DNA of 52,556 nt from a bacterium (lineage in GTDB: Bacteria > Acidobacteriota > Blastocatellia > HR10): the NCBI GenBank assembly GCA_041640655.1, contig JBEPZV010000013.1:1-52556 (forward strand), given 5' to 3'. The position numbers and the translations under genes were made by a program. A model generated the notes under the pieces. The model worked only from the letters and a program-made list of their open reading frames with translations, had not been told where the DNA came from and did no database searches. Shown here one piece after another: positions 37,810-49,043 of the stretch. How positions within the stretch are numbered: the first letter of the stretch is position 1; each line of letters starts with the position of its first letter.

Positions 37810-40416
37810 ATGAAGCAACGGTATGTGCAGCTCGCGGTCATCGTCCTCGTTCTCCGCGTACTGGTCGTCCCCGCTCAAGCGGTCATCCCCTCGCCCGCCT
37901 CGGTCCTCGGGTTTCAGCCGGGTGAGGATCGGCGTCTGGCCGATTGGACGCAGATCGCCGACTACTTCCGGCGCCTGGATGAGGCGTCCCCACGAGTACA
38001 GGTGCTCGAGATCGGGCGTTCGACGCAGAACCGCCCGATCCTCATGGCCATCATCACGTCGCCGGAGAACATGGCCCGTTTGGATCGGTATCGAGAGATC
38101 GCGCGCCGACTCGCCGATCCGCGCACCATCGCCGATGAGACGGAAGCCGAGGGGCTCATCGCCGAGGGGCGGGTGATCGTCGCCATCACCTGTTCGATCC
38201 ATTCGACGGAGATCGTGGCGTCGCAGATGGCGATGGAGCTGGCGTATCGCTTGGCCTCGGACACCTCGCCTGAGACGCGCGAGATCTTGGATCGGGTGAT
38301 CCTGTTGCTTTTCCCCAGTCCGAATCCCGATGGGATTGACATCGTGGCCTCCTGGTACCGGCGCACGCTCGGGACGCCGTATGAGGGGACGGCGCCGCCG
38401 GAGCTCTATCATCCCTACGCCGGCCACGACAATAACCGCGATTGGTTCATGCTCACGCAAGTGGAGACGCAGGCCCTCACGCGCGTGCTCTATCGAGAGT
38501 GGTTCCCGCAGATCCTCTACGATGTGCATCAGATGGGATCCACCGGCGCGCGCATGTTCGTGCCGCCGTTCTACGATCCGCCGAATCCGAACATTGATCC
38601 CGTCCTCCTGCGCAGTGTGGCCGTGATCGGTCACCACATGGCGTGGGAGTTGACGGCGGCGGGCTTTCGCGGCGTGGTGACCAATGCGCAATACGATACG
38701 TGGTGGGCCGGCGGGCTGCGCACGATGCCTTATTACCACAACGTGGTGGGGATCCTGAGCGAGGCGGCGAGCGCGCGCCTGATGACCCCGATCCCCCTCA
38801 CGCGCGAGCAGCTGCGCGGGGCGACGCGCGGACTGCCGAATCCGCTGGAGCGCGCGACGAATTTCCCCGATCCCTGGCCCGGAGGGGTCTGGCGCCCGAT
38901 GGACATCCTGCGCATGGAGCTGGTGGCCGCGCGCGCGCTCCTCCGCGTGGCCGCGCGCTATCGGGAGGAGTTCTTGCGGAATTTCTATCAGCTCGGGAAG
39001 CGAGCGATCGAACGGGGTCGAACCGAGGAGCCGTTCGCGTACGTCGTTCCGACTGAGCAATGGGATCCGCCCACGGCCGCGCATCTGCTCAACATCCTGA
39101 TGACGCAAGGCGTCGAAGTGCACCGAGCGACCGAACGCTTCGTGGCCGATGGGATGGAGTATCCAGCGGGCAGTTATGTCCTGCTGCTGGCGCAACCGCG
39201 GCGCGCGCTGGTGAAGACGCTGTTGGAGATTCAGCGCTATCCGGAGCGGCGTCTCTATCCGGGTGGGCCTCCCGAACGTCCCTACGATGTCGCGGGATGG
39301 ACGCTCCCGCTGCAGATGGGCGTGCGCGTGGTCGAGATCGCTCGTCCGTTCGAGGCGCAATTGGAGAGGGTCACCGAGGCCCTCTCGATCGTGGGGCGCG
39401 TGAGCGAAGCCCGCGGCCTTGAGGCGCGACGCCCGACGGAGATCCTCTGGCTCATCGAGCCCAGGGCGAACCGCGCCTTCTCGGCCGTCAACGAGCTTCT
39501 GGCCTCCGGCCTCTTCCGCGTGAGTCGTCTCTCACGCGAGGCGGTGATCGAGGGACGTCGCTATCTGGCCGGGACGTTCGTCCTGCAGGCGGCCGAAGGG
39601 GCGCGATCCTCTCGCACTGCGCTGCGGCAGACGCTGGAGGACATCGCGCGCCGTCATGGTGTGGAGATTCACGCGATCGCGCAGCGGCCTCTGGAGCTTG
39701 TGCCGGTAGAGAGCCGACGCATCGGACTCTATCGCAGTTGGGTGCCTTCGATGGACGAAGGCTGGACGCGGTGGGTACTCGAACGCTTCGGCTTCTCCTA
39801 CACGACGGTGCGCGACGCCGACATCCGGAGTGGCGACCTGCGCGCGCGATGGGACGTGATCATCCTGCCGAGCGATTCGCCGCGAGAGATTCGGGAGGGA
39901 CATCGTCCGGGGTCATACCCCCCCGAGTACACGGGCGGTTTGGGGAAGGAGGGCGTGGAGAATCTGAAGGCGTTCGTCGCCGCCGGGGGCACGCTCCTGG
40001 CCTTGGGGGAATCCTCGGATCTTGTGATCGAGGAGTTCGGGCTGCCGGTGCGCAACGTCCTGCGCGGGCTCTCTCCGAACGAATATTTCTGTCCCGGCTC
40101 CATCCTCCGCGTGACGATGGACCCCGAGCATCCGGTGGCCTATGGCCTGCCGACGGAGACCGACGTCTATGTCGTGGGCGGGCTCGCGTTCGAGATCACG
40201 GCGCCTGAGGGGCAGGCGCCGGCGGTCGTCGCCCGATATGTCGAAGATCCGCTGCGCAGCGGGTATCTGCTCGGCCGAGAGAAGATCGCCGGACGCGCCG
40301 CTCTGCTCGATGTTCCCTACGGACGGGGGCGCGTGATCTTGGTCGGATTCCGCGCGCAACACCGCGGGCAGAGCTGGGGCACGTTCAAGGTGCTCTTCAA
40401 CGCCCTTGTTCGATGA
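37810..40416 (+). CDS. Secreted M14 zinc carboxypeptidase with C-terminal GATase-like domain
   Basis: Signal peptide, IHSTE, NPDG, DNNRD, DVHQMG; SMDEGWTRW. Confidence 0.92.
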   Translation: MKQRYVQLAVIVLVLRVLVVPAQAVIPSPASVLGFQPGEDRRLADWTQIADYFRRLDEASPRVQVLEIGRSTQNRPILMAIITSPENMARLDRYREIARRLADPRTIADETEAEGLIAEGRVIVAITCSIHSTEIVASQMAMELAYRLASDTSPETREILDRVILLLFPSPNPDGIDIVASWYRRTLGTPYEGTAPPELYHPYAGHDNNRDWFMLTQVETQALTRVLYREWFPQILYDVHQMGSTGARMFVPPFYDPPNPNIDPVLLRSVAVIGHHMAWELTAAGFRGVVTNAQYDTWWAGGLRTMPYYHNVVGILSEAASARLMTPIPLTREQLRGATRGLPNPLERATNFPDPWPGGVWRPMDILRMELVAARALLRVAARYREEFLRNFYQLGKRAIERGRTEEPFAYVVPTEQWDPPTAAHLLNILMTQGVEVHRATERFVADGMEYPAGSYVLLLAQPRRALVKTLLEIQRYPERRLYPGGPPERPYDVAGWTLPLQMGVRVVEIARPFEAQLERVTEALSIVGRVSEARGLEARRPTEILWLIEPRANRAFSAVNELLASGLFRVSRLSREAVIEGRRYLAGTFVLQAAEGARSSRTALRQTLEDIARRHGVEIHAIAQRPLELVPVESRRIGLYRSWVPSMDEGWTRWVLERFGFSYTTVRDADIRSGDLRARWDVIILPSDSPREIREGHRPGSYPPEYTGGLGKEGVENLKAFVAAGGTLLALGESSDLVIEEFGLPVRNVLRGLSPNEYFCPGSILRVTMDPEHPVAYGLPTETDVYVVGGLAFEITAPEGQAPAVVARYVEDPLRSGYLLGREKIAGRAALLDVPYGRGRVILVGFRAQHRGQSWGTFKVLFNALVR

Positions 40417-40466
40417 GGACGAGCGGAGGGGGCTCCGATCCTGGAGAGCCCCCCCGCCGAATGGGT

Positions 40467-42086
40467 TCACTGCCGAAGCGTCGGGTAGCGAATGCCGAGC
40501 TGTTCGAGATAGGTGTCGTACTTCTCCGGGTTGAAGTAGAAGCGCTCCATCTGCGGGCGGAACCGCTCCATCTTCTCCCGATTGAGATGGATGGGGGGCG
40601 GCGTGCCCTCGGGAATGAGCGAGACCCAGGATTGATCCTTCGTCTGCTCGCGGAAGTAGGCCCAGGCCGCCTGTACCAGTTCCGGTTGCGTGAGGAAATC
40701 CAGAGCCGTCAGAGCCAGGGCTTTCGCTCCGGCCGTCGCCCCTTTGTGCGCAATAGGAGTCGCCATGCTCACGGCGTTCGCCCAGTGATGGCCTGGAAGA
40801 CCGGGGATGTTTCCGGGGAAGCGCAGATAGACCGTGGGCACGTTCCAGGAGATCTCACCGATGTCATCCGATCCCGCGCTCACGACCTCGCGCCCGGCCT
40901 CGAGCCGACCGACTTCGGTCTTGAGACCCACGGGATCAGCACCGATCTCCCGCTGCAGCGCCTTCGCGAGCATTTGATCCGCCTCACTCCAGGCGGGCAT
41001 GCCGACCCGCTCGATGTTCTTCTGCAGCACTTCGGCCACGACCTTGTTGAAGTGCGTGGGCCAGGTCGCCGCGAGAATCCGTTCGGTGACTTCCGTATCG
41101 GTCATCAAGGCAGCGGCTCTGGCGATCTTCTGCCCGATCTCGTGCAGGCGCTTGATCCGCGCGTAGTCGGTCTCCCGGAAGTAGTACCACACGGTCGCGC
41201 GGTCCGGGACGACATTGGGTTGATCCCCGCCCTCCACGATGACGTAGTGCGATCGGTGCTGAGGACGCAGATGCTCGCGCCGGAAATTCCAGGCGACGTT
41301 CATCAGCTCCACGGCATCCAGGGCGCTGCGCCCGCGCCAGGGCGCGCCCGCGCTGTGCGCGGCCTCGCCGCGGAACGTGAATTGCGTGGAGACCAGGCCC
41401 GTATTGGTCACGCCATAGGCCGTGCTGAAGCCGTCGCTGATGTGCGCCCCCAGGACGATGTCCACATCCTTGAAGAGACCGGCGCGCACGAAGTAGTTCT
41501 TGCTCCCGAGCAGCTCTTCGGCGACCCCGGGATAGAGCTTCAACGTCCCCGACAGCTGGTGTCGCTCCATGAGCCGCTTGAGTGCGAGAGCAGCCGTGAC
41601 GATCACCGCCTGTCCGGCATTGTGCCCCTCGCCGTGTCCGGGGGCGCCCTCGACGATGGGCTCGTGATAGGCGACACCCGGCTTTTGCGAAGCGCCGGGA
41701 ATGGCGTCAATGTCGGCGATGAAGCCGATCACCGGATGGCCTCGCCCCCAGCTCGCCATCCATGCCGTGGGAATGCCGGCGACACCCCGCTGGACGCGGA
41801 ATCCCTCCGCCTCCAGAATCCCGGTCACATATCGCGAGGTCTCGAACTCCTGAAAGCCCAGCTCGGCGAAGCTGAAGATCATGTCCACCATGACCTGCGT
41901 GAATTTGCGCATCCCCTCAATCGTCGTGAGCAACTCTTGCTTATACGCTTCGATCTGGCCGGATGAAGGGGACCTGGATCCCACAGCTCGTGAGTCCCTC
42001 GGCATGAAGCCCGGCCAGAGGATTGCTGCGCTCAACAGGATGAGGGAGAATCGTTTCGCTGCCCTGTTCATAACCCTCCTCCGCAT
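40467..42086 (-). CDS. M20 amidohydrolase (AbgB-like) with signal peptide
   Basis: ELGFQEFET, GHGEGHN, AEELLG, HSAGAPWRGRSALDA, SDDIGEISW. Confidence 0.9.
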   Translation of the reverse strand: MRRRVMNRAAKRFSLILLSAAILWPGFMPRDSRAVGSRSPSSGQIEAYKQELLTTIEGMRKFTQVMVDMIFSFAELGFQEFETSRYVTGILEAEGFRVQRGVAGIPTAWMASWGRGHPVIGFIADIDAIPGASQKPGVAYHEPIVEGAPGHGEGHNAGQAVIVTAALALKRLMERHQLSGTLKLYPGVAEELLGSKNYFVRAGLFKDVDIVLGAHISDGFSTAYGVTNTGLVSTQFTFRGEAAHSAGAPWRGRSALDAVELMNVAWNFRREHLRPQHRSHYVIVEGGDQPNVVPDRATVWYYFRETDYARIKRLHEIGQKIARAAALMTDTEVTERILAATWPTHFNKVVAEVLQKNIERVGMPAWSEADQMLAKALQREIGADPVGLKTEVGRLEAGREVVSAGSDDIGEISWNVPTVYLRFPGNIPGLPGHHWANAVSMATPIAHKGATAGAKALALTALDFLTQPELVQAAWAYFREQTKDQSWVSLIPEGTPPPIHLNREKMERFRPQMERFYFNPEKYDTYLEQLGIRYPTLRQ

Positions 42087-42228
42087 TGTGATCTCCGTGG
42101 CGATGACGGCGGGATTGTAGGAGAGGAGACGGCTCCTTTGTCAAGGGGCCCGCGCTCGGGCGCTTGCGCGCGTGGTGAAACCCGGGGGAGAATATGCGAT
42201 CTTGATCTCGCGCATGGAGGGAAAAGCG

Positions 42229-43980
42229 ATGAGACGGAGACGATGGCTTGTCCTCTGGACGTGGGCGAGTCTGTGGACGTTGGGCCTCGGCGGGCTCTCG
42301 TCTCGCCCGTTGTGGGCGCAGCGCGCTGAGCCGTCGGCCTCCGCGCGCGCGCCGCAGGAGCCGATCTCGCTCGGGCGGGTGCGGCCCCTCATGGTCAAGC
42401 GGGTGGGGGTGGATGTGGAGAACCTCTGGTACCTCTCGCTGCATGATGCCATCTTGAAGGCTCTGGAGAGCAACAATGAGATTCAGGTCCAGCGCACCGG
42501 CGTGCAGATCAGCGAATTCGCCCTGCGCGCCGTCGAGGGGGCCTATGATCCGGTCATCTCCATTGGGACCCCTCCGCCAGCGGCAGCCCTGGCGGCGACG
42601 GGGTTCGCCGGGGGCGCCGCTTCGCAAGGCTTCGGCTTCGAGTCGCGCTCGACGCCCGCGGCCTCCCGCTTGCAAGCCGGGCGCGATGCCAATGCCCAGC
42701 GGAGCCGAACGTTCACCTACAACCTCGGGATCGGCCAGTTGCTCCCCACCGGCGGGAACTGGCAGTTCACCTTCTCCAATCAGCGCACGACGACCAACTC
42801 GATCTTCGCCACCTTGAACCCGCAGTTCTTCACCACGCTCGCGCTGGATTTCGTCCAGCCGCTCTGGCGGAATTTCCGGTGGAATCAGACGACGCAGCAG
42901 ATCCGCATCGCGAAGAAGGCGCTCGATCTCTCCGACAGTCAGTTCCGACAGCGCGTCATCGAGATCATCACGCAGGTGCAGAAGGCCTACTACGACCTCA
43001 TCTTCGCGATTCGAAATGTGGAGATCCTGCAGGAGGCCGTGGACCTGGCGCGGCGGCAACACGCGGAGAACGAACAGCGCGTGGAGGCGGGGACGCTGCC
43101 CCCGATCGAGCTGCATCAGTCGCTGGCGGAGATCGAGCGGCGGAATCAGGAGCTGATCGCCGCCATCGCTCAGGTCACGGTCGCGGAGAACGCGTTGAAG
43201 GGGTTGATCCTGCCCAATCTGAACGATCCGCTCTGGCGGGCCAATATCGTGCCGACTGAGGACATCGCCTACGTGCCGCCAGCCATTGATGAAGAGAGCG
43301 CGCTGCGGCTGGCGCTTCTGAATCGCCCGGAGGTGAAGCAGTTGCACCTGCAGAAGGAGCAGACGGAGATCGCCATTCGATACTTCGCCAATCAGACGCG
43401 GCCGGCCGTGAATCTGATCGCGCGCTACGCGTCTTTCGGATTGGCGGGGACCGAGGTGCCACCCTCACCGGAATTCCCGTTCCTCGCCGGTGGCGTGGCC
43501 GCGCAGTTCCTCGGCGGTCCCGGTCAGGCCATCCAGAACGCGCTGCGCCAGCGCTTCCGCGATGTGGCCATCGGCGTGAGCATCAGCTTCCCGCTTCGGA
43601 ATCGCACGGCCCAGGCGCAATTGGGGCAGGCGAAGGCGCAAGCGCGCGTCCTCGACTATCAGGAGCAACAGTTGCTGCAGCGGATCGCCATCGAGGTGCG
43701 GAATGCCTTGCAGAACGTCGAGGCCGCGCGCCAGAGCATCGAGGCCGCGCGCGCCGCGCGCCTGGCGCGGGAGAAGCAGCTCGAGGGTGAGCAAGAGCGA
43801 TTCGCCGCCGGGATGTCCACGAACTTCCTCGTCCTGCAGTATCAGAATCAGCTCTCGCAGGCGCGCGGGGCGGAGCTTCAGGCGCTGGTCGCCTACAACA
43901 AGGCGATCGCCGAGCTGCAGCGCGTGATGGGGACGACGCTCGACGTCCACAACATCCGGCTCTCGACGGACTCTCGATGA
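42229..43980 (+). CDS. TolC-family outer membrane efflux protein
   Basis: Signal peptide, LSLHDAILKALESN, helical OEP repeats, ERFAAGMST. Confidence 0.9.
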   Translation: MRRRRWLVLWTWASLWTLGLGGLSSRPLWAQRAEPSASARAPQEPISLGRVRPLMVKRVGVDVENLWYLSLHDAILKALESNNEIQVQRTGVQISEFALRAVEGAYDPVISIGTPPPAAALAATGFAGGAASQGFGFESRSTPAASRLQAGRDANAQRSRTFTYNLGIGQLLPTGGNWQFTFSNQRTTTNSIFATLNPQFFTTLALDFVQPLWRNFRWNQTTQQIRIAKKALDLSDSQFRQRVIEIITQVQKAYYDLIFAIRNVEILQEAVDLARRQHAENEQRVEAGTLPPIELHQSLAEIERRNQELIAAIAQVTVAENALKGLILPNLNDPLWRANIVPTEDIAYVPPAIDEESALRLALLNRPEVKQLHLQKEQTEIAIRYFANQTRPAVNLIARYASFGLAGTEVPPSPEFPFLAGGVAAQFLGGPGQAIQNALRQRFRDVAIGVSISFPLRNRTAQAQLGQAKAQARVLDYQEQQLLQRIAIEVRNALQNVEAARQSIEAARAARLAREKQLEGEQERFAAGMSTNFLVLQYQNQLSQARGAELQALVAYNKAIAELQRVMGTTLDVHNIRLSTDSR

Positions 43981-44025
43981 GCGAGACCTGAGACAGGGGC
44001 GCGGCGTGCAGCCCCCCGCCCCGGC

Positions 44026-44994
44026 TCACGGCACAAGGAGCAACTTCCCCGTCGAGCGCCGCTCGGCGAGGGTGCGATGGGCCGCCGCAGCTTCGCTCAA
44101 GGGGAAGACGCGCTCGATGTGAATCCTCACGCGCCCCTCCTGAATCCATTGAAACACTGCCCGCGCGCGCTCAAGCAGCTCCTCGCGCGTGGCCACATAG
44201 TGCATGAGATGTGGTCGCGTGAGAAAGAGCGAGCCCTTCGTCGAGAGCAGGAGCGGGTCAAGGGGCGGGACCGGACCGCTCGACTGGCCGAAGAGCACAA
44301 GCAGACCGCGCGGCCTCAGGCAATTCAGGCTCTTCTCGAAGGTCGTTCGGCCGACGGAATCGTAGACGACGTCAACGCCGCGCCCCTCGGTGAGCCGCTT
44401 CACCTCGGCCTCAAAATCGCTCTGCGTATAGAGGATCACATGATCGGCACCCGCTTCTCTGGCGCGCTGCGCTTTCTCCGGGGTCGAGACCGTGCCGATG
44501 ACGCGCGCGCCTCGCAGCTTCGCCATTTGCACGATCAGAAGCCCTGTCCCCCCGGCCGCCGCGTGGACGAGCGCGGTATCGCCAGGCCGCAGCGGATACG
44601 TGCTGTGGGTGAGATAGTGGGCCGTCATCCCTTGCACCATCGCCGCCGCAGCCACCGAGGGGTCTACCCCGTCCGGAATGGGGACCAGCCTCCACGCGGG
44701 AACGACGGCGTACTCGGCGTAGGCGCCGAGCGAGAGCGCATAGGCGACGCGATCTCCCACTCGCACCTCCGTGACTCCAGGGCCGACAGCTTCCACCGTG
44801 CCTGCGCCTTCGATGCCGGGTGTGAACGGAAGCGGATTCGGATAAAGCCCCGTCCGATGGTAGATGTCAATGAAGTTAACCCCCGCGGCCTCAATCCTCA
44901 CCCGCGCTTGGCCCGGCCCCGGCTCCGGCAGCGCGACCTCCTCATAGCGCAAAACTTCCGGTCCGCCATGCTCGTGAACGCGTATCGCCCTCAT
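44026..44994 (-). CDS. qor: NADPH:quinone oxidoreductase (zeta-crystallin family)
   Basis: [41 protein letters not shown]. Confidence 0.92.
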   Translation of the reverse strand: MRAIRVHEHGGPEVLRYEEVALPEPGPGQARVRIEAAGVNFIDIYHRTGLYPNPLPFTPGIEGAGTVEAVGPGVTEVRVGDRVAYALSLGAYAEYAVVPAWRLVPIPDGVDPSVAAAAMVQGMTAHYLTHSTYPLRPGDTALVHAAAGGTGLLIVQMAKLRGARVIGTVSTPEKAQRAREAGADHVILYTQSDFEAEVKRLTEGRGVDVVYDSVGRTTFEKSLNCLRPRGLLVLFGQSSGPVPPLDPLLLSTKGSLFLTRPHLMHYVATREELLERARAVFQWIQEGRVRIHIERVFPLSEAAAAHRTLAERRSTGKLLLVP

Positions 44995-45158
44995 GACTGG
45001 TTCCTCCATACGTTCGTGAAGTAAAGCATGCCGGTTCCATCCGCCTCAAGTTCACCATGGCAGGCATCACTCGAACCGGGAGCGACTCGCCGGAACGTCC
45101 CCCATTCGCCTATAATAAGCCGCCGTGGTTAGAGCATGCGTTATCGAGGAGGGACGAG

Positions 45159-46010
45159 ATGATGCCGCTTCGCCAACCGAAGCCCTGGCGCCGAGGGGTG
45201 ACCCGTGGGGTCGCCCGAACGCTTCTTGAGCTGGCGCGTCAGGCGGTGGATGAGACGCGCGAGATTGAGATCGTGCGAGAGCGCGTGTGGCTCTCGGGAT
45301 TGCCCGGGAGTTTTGAGGGCTTCACCCTGGTGCACCTGTCGGACATTCACCACAGCGCGTTCGTGGACGCGGACTATATCGCCCATGCTGTCGCGCTCGC
45401 CAACCGTTTGGCTCCGGATGCGATCGTCCTCACAGGTGATTATGTGAGCCACTCGCGATCCTATATTGGCGGAGTGGCCGAACTGCTTGGCGACTTGCGC
45501 GCGCGCGTCGGCGTCTATGCCGTGCTCGGCAATCACGATTTCTGGACGGGCCCGGAAGCGCTCACGCGCGCCTTGCGTCGGCACGGCATCGAAGTCTTGC
45601 GCAACGCGCACACCTATGTGCGCCGGGGCGGAGAGGCGCTGGGACTCGCGGGCCTTGATGACCTGACGGTGGGAGAGGACGACTTGCTCGCAGCGCTGCG
45701 CGGCCTGGATCGCCGATGGCCGACGCTCCTGCTCTCGCATCATCCGAACATCCTCTGGTCGGCCGCTCACGCGCGCGTGGCGCTTGTTCTGGCCGGACAC
45801 ACGCATGGCGGCCAGATCAACATCCCCTCCTGGCGACGACGCTTGCGCCGCTATTGGCCCATCTTGCGCGGACATGGCCGATATGGGCCGACGCAGATCT
45901 ACGTCAATCGGGGGCTGGGCACCGTCTTGATCCCCGTTCGCTACCGATGTCGGCCCGAGATCACGCTTCTCGAACTGCGGCGCGCGCCCGAAGCGGATGG
46001 CTCGGTGTGA
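45159..46010 (+). CDS. Metallophosphoesterase (YkuE-like)
   Basis: SDIH, TGD, GNHD, LSH, GHTHGGQ, NRGLG. Confidence 0.92.
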   Translation: MMPLRQPKPWRRGVTRGVARTLLELARQAVDETREIEIVRERVWLSGLPGSFEGFTLVHLSDIHHSAFVDADYIAHAVALANRLAPDAIVLTGDYVSHSRSYIGGVAELLGDLRARVGVYAVLGNHDFWTGPEALTRALRRHGIEVLRNAHTYVRRGGEALGLAGLDDLTVGEDDLLAALRGLDRRWPTLLLSHHPNILWSAAHARVALVLAGHTHGGQINIPSWRRRLRRYWPILRGHGRYGPTQIYVNRGLGTVLIPVRYRCRPEITLLELRRAPEADGSV

Positions 46011-46015
46011 GCGGC

Positions 46016-46570
46016 ATGGGTCAAATCGCGACGCTCGCCAATCTCCTCACGCTCCTTCGCCTGCTGCTGATTCCGGCCTTCGCCGCGCTCGTCCTCTATA
46101 ACGATCTGCCGCGAGCGCTGTGGGTCTTCCTGCTGGCCGGGATCACGGACGCGCTCGATGGCTTCGTCGCTCGGCATTTCCATCAGCGCACGACGCTGGG
46201 GACGATCCTCGATCCCATCGCTGACAAGCTGCTGCTCATCACGGCCTTTGTGCTGCTGACGCTCCCGAATCGTGGCTACCGACCGATCCCCCTCTGGCTC
46301 ACGATCACCGTCATCAGCCGTGACGTCTTCATCGTGCTCGGCGCCCTCATGCTCTTCATCATGACGGGCTTTCGGCATTTTCGCCCTTCGCTCCCGGGGA
46401 AGGTGCACACGACGATTCAGGTCCTCACGATCGCACTCGTGCTGGCCGTCAATGCCTGGGGGAGTGGCGCGGAGCTGCTGCGCTCCATGTACATCGCGAG
46501 CTTCGCCATCACCCTCATCTCCGGGATCCACTACATCTACCATGCGGCTCGGCTCCTCGAAGAACGGTGA
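46016..46570 (+). CDS. CDP-alcohol phosphatidyltransferase (PgsA-like)
   Basis: NLLTLLR, TDALDGFVAR...LG..LDPIADK. Confidence 0.93.
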   Translation: MGQIATLANLLTLLRLLLIPAFAALVLYNDLPRALWVFLLAGITDALDGFVARHFHQRTTLGTILDPIADKLLLITAFVLLTLPNRGYRPIPLWLTITVISRDVFIVLGALMLFIMTGFRHFRPSLPGKVHTTIQVLTIALVLAVNAWGSGAELLRSMYIASFAITLISGIHYIYHAARLLEER

Positions 46571-47750
46571 ATCGCCGCGGTGCCGCTTCGTACATCAGAT
46601 ACGCCCGACGCAGCTCGCGGAATCGCTCCAGATCCGCGCGCCAGGAGTCCACGATCTCCCGAAGCGGACGATCCTCGAGAATCTGCGCGCGCACTTGATC
46701 CGTCCCGGCCAGGATGTCAAACGGCAAGCGATCGAAGACGTATTCATACGGTGGCGGACGCCATTCAAACCGATCGGGGTAGAGGCGATGAATCGCCTTG
46801 AGGAGAGCGACTCCGGTGAGGACGGGCTTGAACCGGTCGCGATTCAGGACGTGAATCTGGACGCCGCCGCACAGTTGGCCCGCATGCTTGTGAAACGTCG
46901 GCTGAAAGTAGCACGGGCGGAAGAAGACACCCGGCAGCCGATACGCGCGCAACTCGGCGACCAGGCGATCAGGATCAATGAACGGCGCGCCGATGATCTC
47001 GAACGGACGCGTCGTCCCCCGCCCTTCCGAGAGCATCGTCCCCTCGACGAGAACGGCTCCGGGGTAGACGGTCGCCGTCTCCAGCGTGGGCATGTTCGGC
47101 GAGGGGGGGACCCAGAGCAAACCCGTCTGGTCGTACCAGAGATCGCGCCGCCATCCCTCCATGGGGATGACCCGCAACCGGCAGCCGATGCCGAACGCTT
47201 CGTTGAATAGCCGCGCGAGTTCTCCGATCGTCATCCCATGCCGCAGGGGGATCGGGAACATCCCGACAAAGGACTCAAAGCCCTTTCGCAAGACCGGCCC
47301 TTCCACGTGCACGCCGCCAATGGGATTGGGGCGATCGAGCACGATCATCTCGCGATCCTCGCGCGCGGCCGCCATCATGCAGAGCGCCATCGTCCAGATG
47401 TACGTGTAGACGCGCGTCCCGACATCTTGCAGATCGAGAACCAGGACGTCCACCTCGGCCAGCATCTCCGCTGTGGGCGCGCGCGTCGCCCCATAGAGGC
47501 TGAAGACGGGAATCCCCAGCTTCGGATCCCGCCACCCCTCCCATTCGATCATGTTGTCCTGGGTCTCGCCGCGCAGACCGTGTTGAGGGCCGAAGATGGC
47601 GGTGAGGCGAAGATCGGAGGCCGTCGCGAATCGCGCGATCGCATGATGCCGGTTCCGATCGAGCGAAGCGGGATGGACAATGAGACCAATCCGTCGGCCT
47701 CGCACAAGGCGTCGGTGCCGGAGAAAGAGCACATCCAAGCCCAGGCGCAT
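46515..47750 (-). CDS. namZ: Exo-beta-N-acetylmuramidase NamZ family (DUF1343)
   Basis: PQHG, SLYG, DLQDVGTRVYTY, LDRPNPI, RHGMTIGE, PSPNMP, SEGRGTTRPF. Confidence 0.9.
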   Translation of the reverse strand: MRLGLDVLFLRHRRLVRGRRIGLIVHPASLDRNRHHAIARFATASDLRLTAIFGPQHGLRGETQDNMIEWEGWRDPKLGIPVFSLYGATRAPTAEMLAEVDVLVLDLQDVGTRVYTYIWTMALCMMAAAREDREMIVLDRPNPIGGVHVEGPVLRKGFESFVGMFPIPLRHGMTIGELARLFNEAFGIGCRLRVIPMEGWRRDLWYDQTGLLWVPPSPNMPTLETATVYPGAVLVEGTMLSEGRGTTRPFEIIGAPFIDPDRLVAELRAYRLPGVFFRPCYFQPTFHKHAGQLCGGVQIHVLNRDRFKPVLTGVALLKAIHRLYPDRFEWRPPPYEYVFDRLPFDILAGTDQVRAQILEDRPLREIVDSWRADLERFRELRRAYLMYEAAPRRFTVLRGAEPHGRCSGSRR

Positions 47751-47751
47751 C

Positions 47752-48120
47752 TCACCGCTCGGACGCGCGCAGCAGGCCGCGCTCCTGCAAGTCCTGGCAC
47801 GTCACGCAATGACGGGCCCATGGGACGGCCTCCAAGCGCTTCGGCTGAATCTCCGCGCCGCAGGCCACGCAGATGCCGTACGTCCCTTCCTCAATGCGTT
47901 CCAGCGCCTCGTCAATGAGCGCGAGGATATACCTGTCGCTCGTGCTCTGGCTGAAGAGCAGCTCTTTCAGATACGAATTCGAAGCCTTATCCGCCGGATC
48001 CTGCGCGGCGTCTTGATCGGCTTCCCGCCCGTAGTGGACGTGGCGATCCAGCGCCCGGAGCAGCTCCTCGCGCTTCTCCAGCAAGCGTCTCCGATATTGT
48101 TCGGCCTTCTTCTTCGTCAT
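47752..48120 (-). CDS. dksA: TraR/DksA C4 zinc-finger protein
   Basis: DPAD coiled-coil tip, [24 protein letters not shown]. Confidence 0.88.
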   Translation of the reverse strand: MTKKKAEQYRRRLLEKREELLRALDRHVHYGREADQDAAQDPADKASNSYLKELLFSQSTSDRYILALIDEALERIEEGTYGICVACGAEIQPKRLEAVPWARHCVTCQDLQERGLLRASER

Positions 48121-48152
48121 CCCGCGCCGTCTCCTCGCATGAGCGGCCGCGC

Positions 48153-48614
48153 TTACCTCGGATAGGGCAAGCTACGGATTATAGCAAAAGCTCGATAAAT
48201 TTGCTCCAGCAAAATGACGCGCACAAGCTCATGCGGCAGCGTCAAGCGCGAGAGCGCGAGGCATTCCTCAGCCCGCTCTCGAACGCTCTCGGCGACCCCC
48301 TCAGCTCCACCGACGAGGAAGCAGAGTCCGGGCGTCCCTCCGTGCTCATGCGCGCGCAGCCACGCGGCCAGCTCCGGCGAGCTGAGCATCCGCCCGCGCT
48401 CGTCCAGGAGGACGACGCGAAATCCGGGTCGCAGCGCCCCCAGCAGCGCCGCGCCCTCTCGCTCACGAAGCCGCCTGGCGTCTCGCCCCCGGATCGCGCG
48501 CAGCGCGCGGATCTGACACGGGGCGAAACGCTGGAGGCGATGCACATACTCCTGCTCCAGCGCGGCCAAATGTGGGTTCCGCGTCTTCCCGACCCAGAGG
48601 AATTCCACGTACAT
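48153..48614 (-). CDS. rlmH: 23S rRNA m3Psi1915 methyltransferase
   Basis: [29 protein letters not shown]...YPR. Confidence 0.96.
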   Translation of the reverse strand: MYVEFLWVGKTRNPHLAALEQEYVHRLQRFAPCQIRALRAIRGRDARRLREREGAALLGALRPGFRVVLLDERGRMLSSPELAAWLRAHEHGGTPGLCFLVGGAEGVAESVRERAEECLALSRLTLPHELVRVILLEQIYRAFAIIRSLPYPR

Positions 48615-48679
48615 CGCTCCTCACCTTCAGGTAGGTTCACTCCGGTCCCCGGAAGGGCACAGTGGGCCAGATCCCCACG

Positions 48680-49042
48680 TCAGGGGATCGGGATCTTCTC
48701 GGCGTCGCGCCAGAGCCGTTCCAGATCATAGTACTCGCGCGCGCTCTGCTCAAAGACGTGGACGACCAGGTCCCCGTAGTCAATCAGGATCCACTGCGCC
48801 ACCGTCTCCCCCTCCACATGAAGCGGACGCGTGCCGTGCTCCTCCAGCTTCTCCAAGATCGCTTCGGCAATGGTTTGCACCTGGCGCGTGGAGGTTCCGC
48901 TGCAGATCAGGAAGTAATCGGTGAACGTAGCCACCCCTCGCAGATCGAGCGCGACGATATTCTCAGCCTTCTTCTCGCTGGCCGCTTCAACGGCCAACGC
49001 GAGGGCTCTTCGAGTGTCTCGTGCCGAAGACACGCGCGCCAT
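48680..49042 (-). CDS. rsfS: Ribosome silencing factor
   Basis: KKAENI, TDYFLICSG, WILIDYGDLVVHVF, YYDLERLW. Confidence 0.97.
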   Translation of the reverse strand: MARVSSARDTRRALALAVEAASEKKAENIVALDLRGVATFTDYFLICSGTSTRQVQTIAEAILEKLEEHGTRPLHVEGETVAQWILIDYGDLVVHVFEQSAREYYDLERLWRDAEKIPIP

Positions 49043-49043
49043 T

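Noticed and set aside
40428..40453. GGGGGCTC/GAGCCCCC hairpin between the M14 and M20 peptidase genes
   Set aside because: Probably an ordinary hairpin between convergent genes; no U tract or further structure
46515..46570. 56-bp convergent overlap of the pgsA-like and namZ genes
   Set aside because: Short tail-to-tail overlaps are common; no evidence of special function
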